Assembly: GCA_964369645.1 (NCBI GenBank)
Contig: CAYJFO010000001.1
Coordinates: 703 to 64,702 of the forward strand
Origin: an uncultured Oscillospiraceae bacterium
Lineage (GTDB): Bacteria > Bacillota > Clostridia > Oscillospirales > Ruminococcaceae
Length of the DNA: 64,000 nucleotides
Direction of reading: 5' to 3'
The translations under genes were made by a program, and so were the position numbers. The number at the start of each line of letters is the position of its first letter. The stretch's first letter is position 1. A model generated the notes under the pieces. That model had not been told where the DNA came from. It saw nothing but the letters and a program-made list of their open reading frames with translations, and ran no database searches. Shown piece by piece: positions 36,845 to 45,218 of this stretch.

Positions 36845-38098
36845 ATGAGCTTTTTAACCACCGTTTCAAGAATGTGGTTGACTAAAACCACAAAACCTTT
36901 TACGTTTACAAACGAATATGACAATTCACTTGATTTCGAGCAACTTGAAAATCTGGGACTTTATGTTCACATACCGTTTTGCAAAAACATCTGTGACTTT
37001 TGTCCCTATTGCAAGGAAATTTATGACAAACAAAAAGCAAACGTTTATATCGACAGTTTAATACAAGAGATCCATCTTGTCGGAAAAGGATTGCAAAATA
37101 AAAAGATGGTAACAAGCCTTTATTTTGGCGGAGGAACTCCGGCTTTGGTTGCAAACAGGCTTTACGAAATCATTGATGCTTTAAAGCTATATTTTGAGAT
37201 AACCGAAGGCATTGGGCTTGAACTCCACCCCGAAAACGTCAACACCGAGACACTTGAAACGATAAAAAAAGCCGGTGTCACAAAAATAAGCATCGGTATC
37301 CAGTCTTTTTCAAAAAAGTTCTTAGATGTTTTGGGTAGAAACCCCGCTAATATTGAAGACTTATCAAACGCTTTGAAACAAACTTCGTTTGAAACGGTGT
37401 CGATGGATTTTATATTTGCTCTTCCAAACCAAACAAAACAAGATTTAATAACCGATATCGACACGGCTTTTTCTATCGGCGCAAACCACATAGCGGTCTA
37501 TCCGTTTATTGACTTTACGTTTACAAAAAGCGCGGTTAAAACGATGGACAAAAAACAAAAAAGAAAACTGCTCGACGATATAACACTTTACTGTCAAAAA
37601 AAATGTTACAAAAGGGACTCAATCTGGACGTTTTCCAACACAGATAAAGCAAAGTATTCCTCTATGACAAGAGACAACTTCTTAGGGTTTGGTTGTTCCG
37701 CAACCACACTTTTAAAGGATAGTTTCAAAATCAACACGTTTTCCGTCCAACATTATATCGAGCGCATCAACAAAAAACAACTCCCAACTTCGCTTACAAT
37801 TCGTTTCACCAAAAGACAACGTATGGTTTATTTTTTATTTTGGACGGCATATAGCACACATGTAAATCCAAAAGCCTTTGAGGAGTTTTTCGGTGTTTCG
37901 CTTAAAAGCAAATTTGGTTTTGAAATTTTACTTGCAAAGAAACTTGGGTTTATAACGGAAACAGACGGAATCTTGTCGATGACGTTAAAAGGCGCGTTTT
38001 ACTATCACCACTACGAAAACTACTACACACTTTCGTATATAGACAAAATGTGGTCGGTTATGCGAAAACAAGCGTTTCCAAAAGAAATAAAATTTTAG
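36845..38098 (+). CDS. HemN-family (class C) radical SAM enzyme
   Basis: YVHIPFCKNICDFCPY, YFGGGTP and a HemN_C-like C-terminal domain. 417 aa. Confidence 0.75.
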   Translation: MSFLTTVSRMWLTKTTKPFTFTNEYDNSLDFEQLENLGLYVHIPFCKNICDFCPYCKEIYDKQKANVYIDSLIQEIHLVGKGLQNKKMVTSLYFGGGTPALVANRLYEIIDALKLYFEITEGIGLELHPENVNTETLETIKKAGVTKISIGIQSFSKKFLDVLGRNPANIEDLSNALKQTSFETVSMDFIFALPNQTKQDLITDIDTAFSIGANHIAVYPFIDFTFTKSAVKTMDKKQKRKLLDDITLYCQKKCYKRDSIWTFSNTDKAKYSSMTRDNFLGFGCSATTLLKDSFKINTFSVQHYIERINKKQLPTSLTIRFTKRQRMVYFLFWTAYSTHVNPKAFEEFFGVSLKSKFGFEILLAKKLGFITETDGILSMTLKGAFYYHHYENYYTLSYIDKMWSVMRKQAFPKEIKF

Positions 38099-38219
38099 TT
38101 TTAAAATATGTATTAAAAACGCTTTAACAAAAAGTGTTGAATACCTCCTGTTAAACAAGAAGAAACCATCAAGCTTTTTGCAGTATACAATTTATAAAGC
38201 GCAAAAAGCGGAACGGGTT

Positions 38220-38312
38220 TTTAGGGCGTGTGTCGCCCTAAATCGTTGAGGGGGTTTTGGGGGTGTCGGGGGACAAAGGGGGAGATTCGAAACTCCCCCT
38301 AGTCCCCTGACA
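38220..38312 (+). other. GC-rich structured island: 9-bp hairpin, four G5 tracts, and an alternative 11+7 bp composite hairpin
   Basis: TTTAGGGCG-TGTGT-CGCCCTAAA (38220-38242). G5-N4-G5-N4-G5-N5-G5 (38250-38282). TGTCGGGGGAC/GTCCCCTGACA encloses GGGGGAG-ATTCGAAA-CTCCCCC (38264-38312). Confidence 0.6.
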
Positions 38313-38344
38313 AAAAACGCTTCTCTAAAAAAAATTGCTCTTCT

Positions 38345-38412
38345 GATTATTTATATAATCGCTGCCTTGCGGCAGAGCTCTTGGAAATAATCCTGCGGAT
38401 TATTTATATAAT
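38345..38412 (+). repeat. Two direct copies of GATTATTTATATAAT, 53 nt apart, with two small hairpins between them
   Basis: Copies at 38345-38359 and 38398-38412. Hairpins are CTGCC-TTGC-GGCAG (38362-38375) and AAATAATCC-TGC-GGATTATTT (38385-38405). Confidence 0.8.
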
Positions 38413-38425
38413 ATTATTACCGATC

Positions 38426-38466
38426 AAAAAGGCAAAGGGTCAAAATTTAACCCTTTGCCTTTTTTT
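38426..38466. terminator. Bidirectional terminator (msrAB on the minus strand, radical SAM operon on the plus strand)
   Basis: A5-GGCAAAGGG-(11-nt loop)-CCCTTTGCC-T7. Confidence 0.8.
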
Positions 38467-38499
38467 GTAATAATTAAATATTAGAAATCTGTTTTTGTT

Positions 38500-39639
38500 C
38501 TAGTTCACTTCGACAAGATGTTGAAGATATCCGTATCCCCTTTCGGTCATCTCGTCATACGGTATGAACTCAAGCGCCGCGCCGTTTATACAATACCTTA
38601 ATCCACCGTCGTCAACAGGTCCGTCCTCAAACACATGCCCAAGGTGCGAATCGCCTACGCGACTTTTAATTTCAACTCGTTTCATTCCAAAACTGCTATC
38701 GTCGTGTTCGACAACAACGCTTTGGTCGATAGGCCTTGTAAAGCTAGGCCACCCTGAACCGCTGTCGTATTTATCGGTTGAGCTAAAAAGCGGTTCACCG
38801 GTTACGACGTCAACATATATACCCGATTGTTTATTGTCATTGTATTCGTGGGTAAACGCGCGTTCTGTTGCGCCATTTCTAACTACGTCATACTGCAACT
38901 CTGAAAGTTGTTGTTTAAGTTGTTCGTCGGTCGGAACTTGATATGACGATGGGTCGATAACCGTCAAACCCTCGCTTGCCGTGCTAAGATCTATATGGCA
39001 ATATCCGTTAGGATTTTTCTTTAGGTAATCTTGGTGGTACTCTTCCGCAAGATAGAAATGTTCAAGCGGCAAAAGTTCAACCGCCAACGGTTCATCATAC
39101 TGTTGTTGAACGATATCTAGATGTTTTTTCGCAACTTCCTGATGCATTTCGTTTTCAAAATATATTCCTGTTCGATACTGTGTTCCGACGTCGTTTCCTT
39201 GTTTGTTTAGACTTGTCGGGTCAATTATCTTAAAATAATGCTCAAGCAAAAAGTCAAGTTCAACCTGTTTCGGGTCAAAAACGACCCTGACGGTTTCGGC
39301 GTGGCCAGTGTTGTTGTAGATAACGTCTTGATAACTTGGGTTTTCCGTGTTACCGTTTGCATACCCCGATGAAGAATCATATACCCCGTTTATCCTGGCA
39401 AAATATTCCTCGACACCCCAAAAACAACCGCCTGCAAGGTAGATTGTTTCAAGTTCTTCGCTTTGAATTAGTTGTTGAACTTGTTGTTCTTTTTGTTCAA
39501 ACGATAGCGTCATCTCTTCTGCTTCCTCCTTGTTTGTCTCGTTTATTGGCGAGTCTTGCGTATATATATCGGAACATCCGACAACTAAACCGCACATGCT
39601 CAGTGTTAATATTATTACCGCGATTTTATTTTTAAACAT
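38500..39639 (-). CDS. msrAB: Bifunctional peptide methionine sulfoxide reductase MsrA/MsrB, lipoprotein
   Basis: Lipobox LVVGC after the signal peptide, the MsrA motif [11 protein letters not shown], and the MsrB motifs GWPSF and RYCINGAAL. Confidence 0.9.
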   Translation of the reverse strand: MFKNKIAVIILTLSMCGLVVGCSDIYTQDSPINETNKEEAEEMTLSFEQKEQQVQQLIQSEELETIYLAGGCFWGVEEYFARINGVYDSSSGYANGNTENPSYQDVIYNNTGHAETVRVVFDPKQVELDFLLEHYFKIIDPTSLNKQGNDVGTQYRTGIYFENEMHQEVAKKHLDIVQQQYDEPLAVELLPLEHFYLAEEYHQDYLKKNPNGYCHIDLSTASEGLTVIDPSSYQVPTDEQLKQQLSELQYDVVRNGATERAFTHEYNDNKQSGIYVDVVTGEPLFSSTDKYDSGSGWPSFTRPIDQSVVVEHDDSSFGMKRVEIKSRVGDSHLGHVFEDGPVDDGGLRYCINGAALEFIPYDEMTERGYGYLQHLVEVN

Positions 39640-39810
39640 ATCTGATTTTTCCTTTCTAAACTTTTCTTATGCGCTCCATTTTCTATAAAGCATATACGTC
39701 CTCCTTGGAAGTATCCTTGACGTTAGTATAGCTAAAAAATAATAAGTTAATATGGAGTAATTTTGTCTAATTAATTAATTTTATATTATATTCTTTAAAC
39801 AACTGTGAAC

Positions 39811-39849
39811 AAAAAAGCGGCCAACCTTTTTAAAGGTTGGCCGCTTTTT
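39811..39849. terminator. Strong bidirectional terminator ending the Q/P-rich operon
   Basis: A6-GCGGCCAACCTTT-TT-AAAGGTTGGCCGC-T5. Confidence 0.85.
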
Positions 39850-39867
39850 GATTCATTTCATGTTTAA

Positions 39868-41676
39868 TCAATAGTATTCGTCGTCGTCATCATAATCATC
39901 GTCGTCATCGTCATCATAGCCGTTGTCGTTAACAACCTTACCGGTTGACATCACAACAAGCAATGCTGCCGCGGCAAGGAACATTGCGGCAACTGCTAGC
40001 ATTATAGCAAGGTTAGCTCCTTCAGAGGTAAACCCTTTTATAAGCCTTAGTATCTCTGCGCCCTCAACCGCTATCGCTCCTGAACTGTCAACGGTTGGGT
40101 CGGGAACTCCAAGCGACATCAAAGTCATTACTAGAGCAACAAGCCCGACAAGTCCAAATAAAATTCCAAAAATCAGTTTAGCAATGCTCATCTTTACAAC
40201 CGGTTGAGCAACATCGTCAAACCCTCCGAAACCTTTGGGCGGAGAAAATTGCTCTGAGACCCCTCTAAAAGCATTGGAATTTTGCATCATTGCAGGATTG
40301 TTGTTTCTTTGATTATTTAAAAACCCGTCGTTAGCAACGGTTTGCATAGGGGGTCTTTGAGGCGGCATATTTTGTGCGCCCATTCTTTGGTGCATAGCCG
40401 CTGAAGGTGGTTGGTTTTGTGGTCTCAACTCTTGTTGTTCAGCAGGCGGACGTTGGTTTTGAACCAAAGGTCGCTGGCTTTGTACGTATGACCTTTGTTC
40501 CGAGATCGGCTGCCTTTGTTCAACTGGTGGTCGTTGACTAGTCACTTGAGGACGTTGCTGTGGCGCTTGCTGTCTTTGTTCATCCATCGGAGGACGTTCG
40601 CTTTGAATTTGTGGCCTTTGCGCCGGGTTAATTATAGGGCGAGCGACCGATTGTTCGGCGTTTATTTCCCTTTGTTGTTTTGGTTGTGGTGTTTGTGTTG
40701 CTGTTGGTGGTGTGTTTTGTGGTTCGACAGGGGGAAGTTTATGCGCTTGTTGTTGGGCACGGGGTACAGACATCGGCGCAACACTTCCCGGTTTGATTGG
40801 TTGATTTGGTGCGGCAAGTTTCTTTTGAGCCGCAACTAAAACTGCGGTCCTTGTCATTATAACTTCATCCGCTACATAGTCTCCCGCCAACTGATCCGGA
40901 TTGAAAAATTGCGGAATAAAATTCCCCGATTTTCCCGAACCAACCACGACACACAATGCATATAATACAATTATTAAAAATATTACAAGATTTAAAAAGC
41001 TCGCAAATTTAAAATCCATCATCGACGAAATGTTTGTCGCTAACGTTTCGGGTTCAAGGTATCCGTAATACCCGAATGCGGCCAGCAACACCATTGTTAT
41101 TGCAAGCGAAAAAACTGTTGTTACAAAATTAAATTTTTGACGGTTAAGTAACAAAGCTAACATCATCGAAAGCATTGTAAAAAACAAAACGGCATAAAGA
41201 CCGACAAAATAAAGTGAGATTATATAATTCAAAACAAAGTTTAATCGTATAAGCATGCTAAATATAAACGTCAAAACATATCCGACAGAATAGGTCACCG
41301 CGGCGGCAATTAACGTTGCGGTTAAACGCGCAGCGGTTATTCCGGCGGTCGCAAGGCCCATCTTAATCAACAGATTACATCGGTTATTATTTATCTCCGC
41401 AAAACCAAAAAGTTTTGGATGGATAATATAGTGTATCAAAAGGGTTATAAGCGCAAGCGTTACGTATATATATTGCATTCCGAACAACGAGCTCGGAAGA
41501 TATGTCGGTATAACGTCTTCCCCAAGCGACGTTTGAAGTATAATCAAGATATAGTGCGCCGCAATAGCGCCCATAACGATTCCGGCCGCCCAAATCATCT
41601 GTCGAGGAAAATCAAATCTGCCATTTATTAGTTGTTCTTTTTTTTCAATTTTAATGAATCCCGAAATATCACTCAT
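39868..41676 (-). CDS. Polytopic membrane protein (ABC-2 permease-like N-terminal ~280 aa), ~210-aa P/Q/R-rich insert, two more TM helices, poly-Asp tail
   Basis: About 6 hydrophobic helices in aa 25-245. QRP-type repeats span aa ~285-495. The C-terminus has the helices LIFGILFGLVGLVALVMTLM and LAIMLAVAAMFLAAAALLVVM, then DDDDDDYDDDDEYY. The ATG abuts the upstream stop codon. Confidence 0.5.
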   Translation of the reverse strand: MSDISGFIKIEKKEQLINGRFDFPRQMIWAAGIVMGAIAAHYILIILQTSLGEDVIPTYLPSSLFGMQYIYVTLALITLLIHYIIHPKLFGFAEINNNRCNLLIKMGLATAGITAARLTATLIAAAVTYSVGYVLTFIFSMLIRLNFVLNYIISLYFVGLYAVLFFTMLSMMLALLLNRQKFNFVTTVFSLAITMVLLAAFGYYGYLEPETLATNISSMMDFKFASFLNLVIFLIIVLYALCVVVGSGKSGNFIPQFFNPDQLAGDYVADEVIMTRTAVLVAAQKKLAAPNQPIKPGSVAPMSVPRAQQQAHKLPPVEPQNTPPTATQTPQPKQQREINAEQSVARPIINPAQRPQIQSERPPMDEQRQQAPQQRPQVTSQRPPVEQRQPISEQRSYVQSQRPLVQNQRPPAEQQELRPQNQPPSAAMHQRMGAQNMPPQRPPMQTVANDGFLNNQRNNNPAMMQNSNAFRGVSEQFSPPKGFGGFDDVAQPVVKMSIAKLIFGILFGLVGLVALVMTLMSLGVPDPTVDSSGAIAVEGAEILRLIKGFTSEGANLAIMLAVAAMFLAAAALLVVMSTGKVVNDNGYDDDDDDDYDDDDEYY

Positions 41677-44175
41677 CTATTTCACCAATTCTTTCCGACC
41701 CAAAACAAACGACCTAACCCCAAGCCTCACGGTTTTGAGGTCGATTTCGTTGTTACTAAGTTCGACAACAACGTTTTCAACAACCGAAGCGTCTGCTCCT
41801 TTTCCTTTAACCGTTACTTTATCGTTGTCTGTCGAGAATTCGAGATTTTCAAAAGCTTTTGAAATCTTTTCGATCTTTTCGGCATCATTTGATTCAAACG
41901 TCATAATCTCTTCACAGTATTTTTCTATAAACTCTCTGTAAACTCCGTTAAACGCAACCTCGCCTTCTTTTAAAGCCAAAACTCTATTTGGTAGATTGCT
42001 TGAGAGTATGTCGTTGCAATCGTTCATAATAACCGTTATATCACGAAGTCTTAACATCTCGAAAACTTTCATCATTCGTACTTCGTCTTCCGGTTCAAGC
42101 AATAATTTTCTAAAGTTAATTACAACGCATCTGATTAACGGATTTTGTGTGGCCGCTATAAGTAAAACCATGATTTTTCGTGCAGTCGAGAAAAGTTTCA
42201 TAGTGTCGTCCGCAACGTTGTCAAGCCCGAGTTTCTCGAGAATTTCGGTTAATTTTTGTATCTTAACTTCGTCGTCAGTCTGAACCTTTGCAATGCATTG
42301 CATAAGGAAATCAAAAACCGTCATTCGGTCGGGAACCATCGAATCGTCGTCGATATAAAGAACTTCTTGCATTATGCTTTTGCTTCGTACTTCGTTTCCA
42401 TTGATAAGCATATCGCCGTTAGCAAGTCCTAGCCCCGTTCCGACAAGTTTAGCTATCGCGTATTTTGTCGCTTCGTCCTCGCTTGTAACGACGGTGCAAC
42501 TTGAAACGGGGAAGTTTGCTGTGACGTTTGAAAACACCGGTATTCCCTCGTCATCCGACGAAGAAAGTAGATATTTTGACGTCGCTTCTCGTATGTTTAT
42601 ATAACTCCTGTCCGGAAATTTAAACAGGTTGTTTTGCGTAAAGATTTTGTCGAAGTCCGCAATAACCACCGCTTGTTCAAGTTTGCTTTGAATCTCCGCA
42701 ATGTCCACCTTTGGCTTTTGAATCTGGTTCGCTTTAGGAAGCTGCGGTAGAGTTGTTGGTGGGGTTATCGGCGTGTTGATTTGTGGCGGCTGTTTTTGAG
42801 CCGTCGGCGCGCCGCCTTGTGGCGGCCGTTGTAAAGGCGGCCGTTGCATAGGTGGCCTTTGCTGCCCTTGCGCTCCCCTTTGCGGTCGTGCTTGTCCGAC
42901 AGGGCCTTTGTTTGACGGTGGTCTCCTGTCGGGAGGTTTTTGGTTTGGGTTTGGGTTTGGCCGAGGCCCCCTTTGCATTTCGGGAGACATTGGTCTTTGT
43001 TGCATACTACCCGGACGCGCGGGAGGTTTGTTTCTTGGAGCATTCGGATTAAACGAACTTCCGTCATGGTTGTTCGCTTGATTTACCGGTCTTTTGGGCT
43101 GTACCGGTCTTTCGTCGTCCTCCGACACAGCCTCTTTAAAATTTCCTCTTTTACCTTTTCCAAAAGTTTGGTCGAATTTACTTCCCGAAAACGGAGTAAC
43201 TTCGTTTTTATTTTGTTGATCGAATATATCGGATTTTGGTTCGTTGGAACCAAAAGGATCATTGTCGTTTTGTTCAAATCCCTGTTGTTGGCCATTAAAT
43301 GCCTGTTGGCCTTGCGACATAAAGTTTATTCCGCCAGCGCCACCGTTTGGTTGCGCACCAAGGTCAAACGCACCTTGTCCACCGTCAAAAGATTGTCCTA
43401 ACGAAAAATCGTTATAATTTGAACCGTCCGTTACGTTTTGCGGCATATTGTTTGCGCCAAACAAGTTGTTTTGCACACCCAAATGTTGCATAACGTCATA
43501 TGCCGGATTTTGTGCATGATCGGGTATCGGCAACTGAACGGGGCTGTTTTGCGGCATACCATAGTTCATTCCCTGTGACATGTCGAAATTTTGAGCCAGA
43601 TCTTGGGTTGGGTTAAATCCTGATTGTCCCATCGGCATCGACTGCATACCGTTTCCGTAGATATCCTGTCCTATCGGCATTTGGGGTTGCCCTGTCGGTT
43701 GAGAAAAATCTTGTGCCGACGATACACCAAACATGCCTTGCGAGAAATCTTGCATAGGTTGAAGTTGTGCTGGCTGTCCCGGTTGTACATATCCGCCGCC
43801 ATACATCGCTTGTTCTTGTGGGTTTTGTCCTAAAGCGGTTGGCACCATCATGTTGTCTTGATATTGTGTGCCGCTAAACGACATATCGTTCACACCGATG
43901 TTTGGAAGTTGTCCTATTTGAGGTTGATATGGGTCAACAGGCAGCGTCCCGTATTGCAACGGTTGCTGTTGAATCTGATTTTGAGCATAAGGATCTAACC
44001 CTTGACCTATCGGTTGGGTCGGTTGTCCTTGAACCGCTTGATTTTGATAGATATCGCCATTTAACGGAACGTTTTGCGCCCCTATTTGTTGAGACATATT
44101 TGGCACCTGTCCATTCCCTGTAACGTTGTTAGGGTCGTTTGGATTTATCGGTTGGTTCGGATAAAAATTCTGCAT
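41677..44175 (-). CDS. Q/N/P-rich low-complexity protein with C-terminal degenerate ABC-ATPase fold (pseudo-ATPase) plus ABC-2-type C-terminal extension
   Basis: aa 1-345 are Q/N/G/M-rich and aa 355-490 are basic P/Q/R-rich. aa 500-750 are colinear with ABC ATPases, but every catalytic motif is replaced (details in findings). Confidence 0.55.
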   Translation of the reverse strand: MQNFYPNQPINPNDPNNVTGNGQVPNMSQQIGAQNVPLNGDIYQNQAVQGQPTQPIGQGLDPYAQNQIQQQPLQYGTLPVDPYQPQIGQLPNIGVNDMSFSGTQYQDNMMVPTALGQNPQEQAMYGGGYVQPGQPAQLQPMQDFSQGMFGVSSAQDFSQPTGQPQMPIGQDIYGNGMQSMPMGQSGFNPTQDLAQNFDMSQGMNYGMPQNSPVQLPIPDHAQNPAYDVMQHLGVQNNLFGANNMPQNVTDGSNYNDFSLGQSFDGGQGAFDLGAQPNGGAGGINFMSQGQQAFNGQQQGFEQNDNDPFGSNEPKSDIFDQQNKNEVTPFSGSKFDQTFGKGKRGNFKEAVSEDDERPVQPKRPVNQANNHDGSSFNPNAPRNKPPARPGSMQQRPMSPEMQRGPRPNPNPNQKPPDRRPPSNKGPVGQARPQRGAQGQQRPPMQRPPLQRPPQGGAPTAQKQPPQINTPITPPTTLPQLPKANQIQKPKVDIAEIQSKLEQAVVIADFDKIFTQNNLFKFPDRSYINIREATSKYLLSSSDDEGIPVFSNVTANFPVSSCTVVTSEDEATKYAIAKLVGTGLGLANGDMLINGNEVRSKSIMQEVLYIDDDSMVPDRMTVFDFLMQCIAKVQTDDEVKIQKLTEILEKLGLDNVADDTMKLFSTARKIMVLLIAATQNPLIRCVVINFRKLLLEPEDEVRMMKVFEMLRLRDITVIMNDCNDILSSNLPNRVLALKEGEVAFNGVYREFIEKYCEEIMTFESNDAEKIEKISKAFENLEFSTDNDKVTVKGKGADASVVENVVVELSNNEIDLKTVRLGVRSFVLGRKELVK

Positions 44176-44199
44176 TTTATAACAATTCCTTATATTTTA

Positions 44200-44517
44200 T
44201 TATAGATTAAAAATTTCAAATATATCGCTTATTTCTCGCGAATTAAGCGCGCTTGCTATCACAGCGACAAGCCCACAAAAAACAAAAACAATCGCCATTT
44301 TTATAACCGCAAACAAAACACTCATTTGTTGGGATTGTTGCTTTATTTCGGGCAGATTAGAGGGCGCCGCCCCGCCGGCTACCGGCGCTTGTGGATTATT
44401 TGGCGCTTGTGGATTAGGGTTAGTTGGCGCTTGTGGGTTAATTGGCGCTCGTGTCCCCGTTTGGGCTTTTACTCCACTAGTGTTTCCAGAAACCATACTT
44501 ACGATTTTTCCTTCCAT
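44200..44517 (-). CDS. Small tail-anchored membrane protein with NPQAP repeats
   Basis: NPQAPTNPNPQAPNNPQAP is followed by the single TM helix MSVLFAVIKMAIVFVFCGLVAVIASAL. An alternative start is the ATG at 44496, which has a better SD. Confidence 0.5.
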   Translation of the reverse strand: MEGKIVSMVSGNTSGVKAQTGTRAPINPQAPTNPNPQAPNNPQAPVAGGAAPSNLPEIKQQSQQMSVLFAVIKMAIVFVFCGLVAVIASALNSREISDIFEIFNL

Positions 44518-44659
44518 ATTGACAGTTTGTGCGCTTTTCTAGATATCTTTGTTTTTTTAAACCCTTGTTAATTTAAGCTTAAAATAACCAATAAACTTCT
44601 GTTTTTTCTTGCTTAATGGCGCAAAAAAACAAGCAAACAAACAATATTTTTTTATTAAC

Positions 44660-44688
44660 TTGATTACTTTTTTCATTTAAGATATAAT
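44660..44688 (+). promoter_or_regulatory. Sigma-A promoter of the DUF1893-mrp operon
   Basis: TTGATT, 17-nt spacer, TATAAT. Confidence 0.55.
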
Positions 44689-44745
44689 GGTGTAGTTTAA
44701 TTATACATAATATAAGCCAAAAATCAAGTTTTTTGTAGTTCAAAC

Positions 44746-45198
44746 TTGGAAAAAATAAAGGAAATTTCTCAAAATATGGATTTGAAAAACCTAATTGAAA
44801 TGGACGATTGTTCTGTTGCTGTAAAGCTCCAAAACAACCAAGTTATAAAAAGAGTTGGCAAAAGTGTTCGCCCACTCTACGACATCTATCTTAATTTCAA
44901 AAACGAGATGAACGGCGCACAGGTTGCTGATAGAATTATTGGAAAAGCCGCCGCTAGTTTGCTTGTCGACGCAAATGTCAAAAGCGTCTACACCTTTTTA
45001 CTAAGTCATTCTGCTAAACGGCTTTTAGAGTCAAACGGAATAACAACCGAATATGTCACACTTTGTGAACACATCGAAAATCGTCACGGAACCGACCTTT
45101 GCCCAATGGAAAAACTTATTGTCGACATAGACGATGTCTCTGTTTGCATCGAAAAGATAGATTGGTTTGTTAAAAACGTCCAATACCCAAATAGTTAA
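44746..45198 (+). CDS. DUF1893-like small protein
   Basis: ~140-150 aa with the segment VADRIIGKAAASLLV, immediately upstream of an Mrp/NBP35 ATPase. The start is uncertain (TTG 44746 or ATG 44776). Confidence 0.5.
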   Translation: MEKIKEISQNMDLKNLIEMDDCSVAVKLQNNQVIKRVGKSVRPLYDIYLNFKNEMNGAQVADRIIGKAAASLLVDANVKSVYTFLLSHSAKRLLESNGITTEYVTLCEHIENRHGTDLCPMEKLIVDIDDVSVCIEKIDWFVKNVQYPNS

Positions 45199-45218
45199 TT
45201 TCAAGGAGATTTTTTTAC

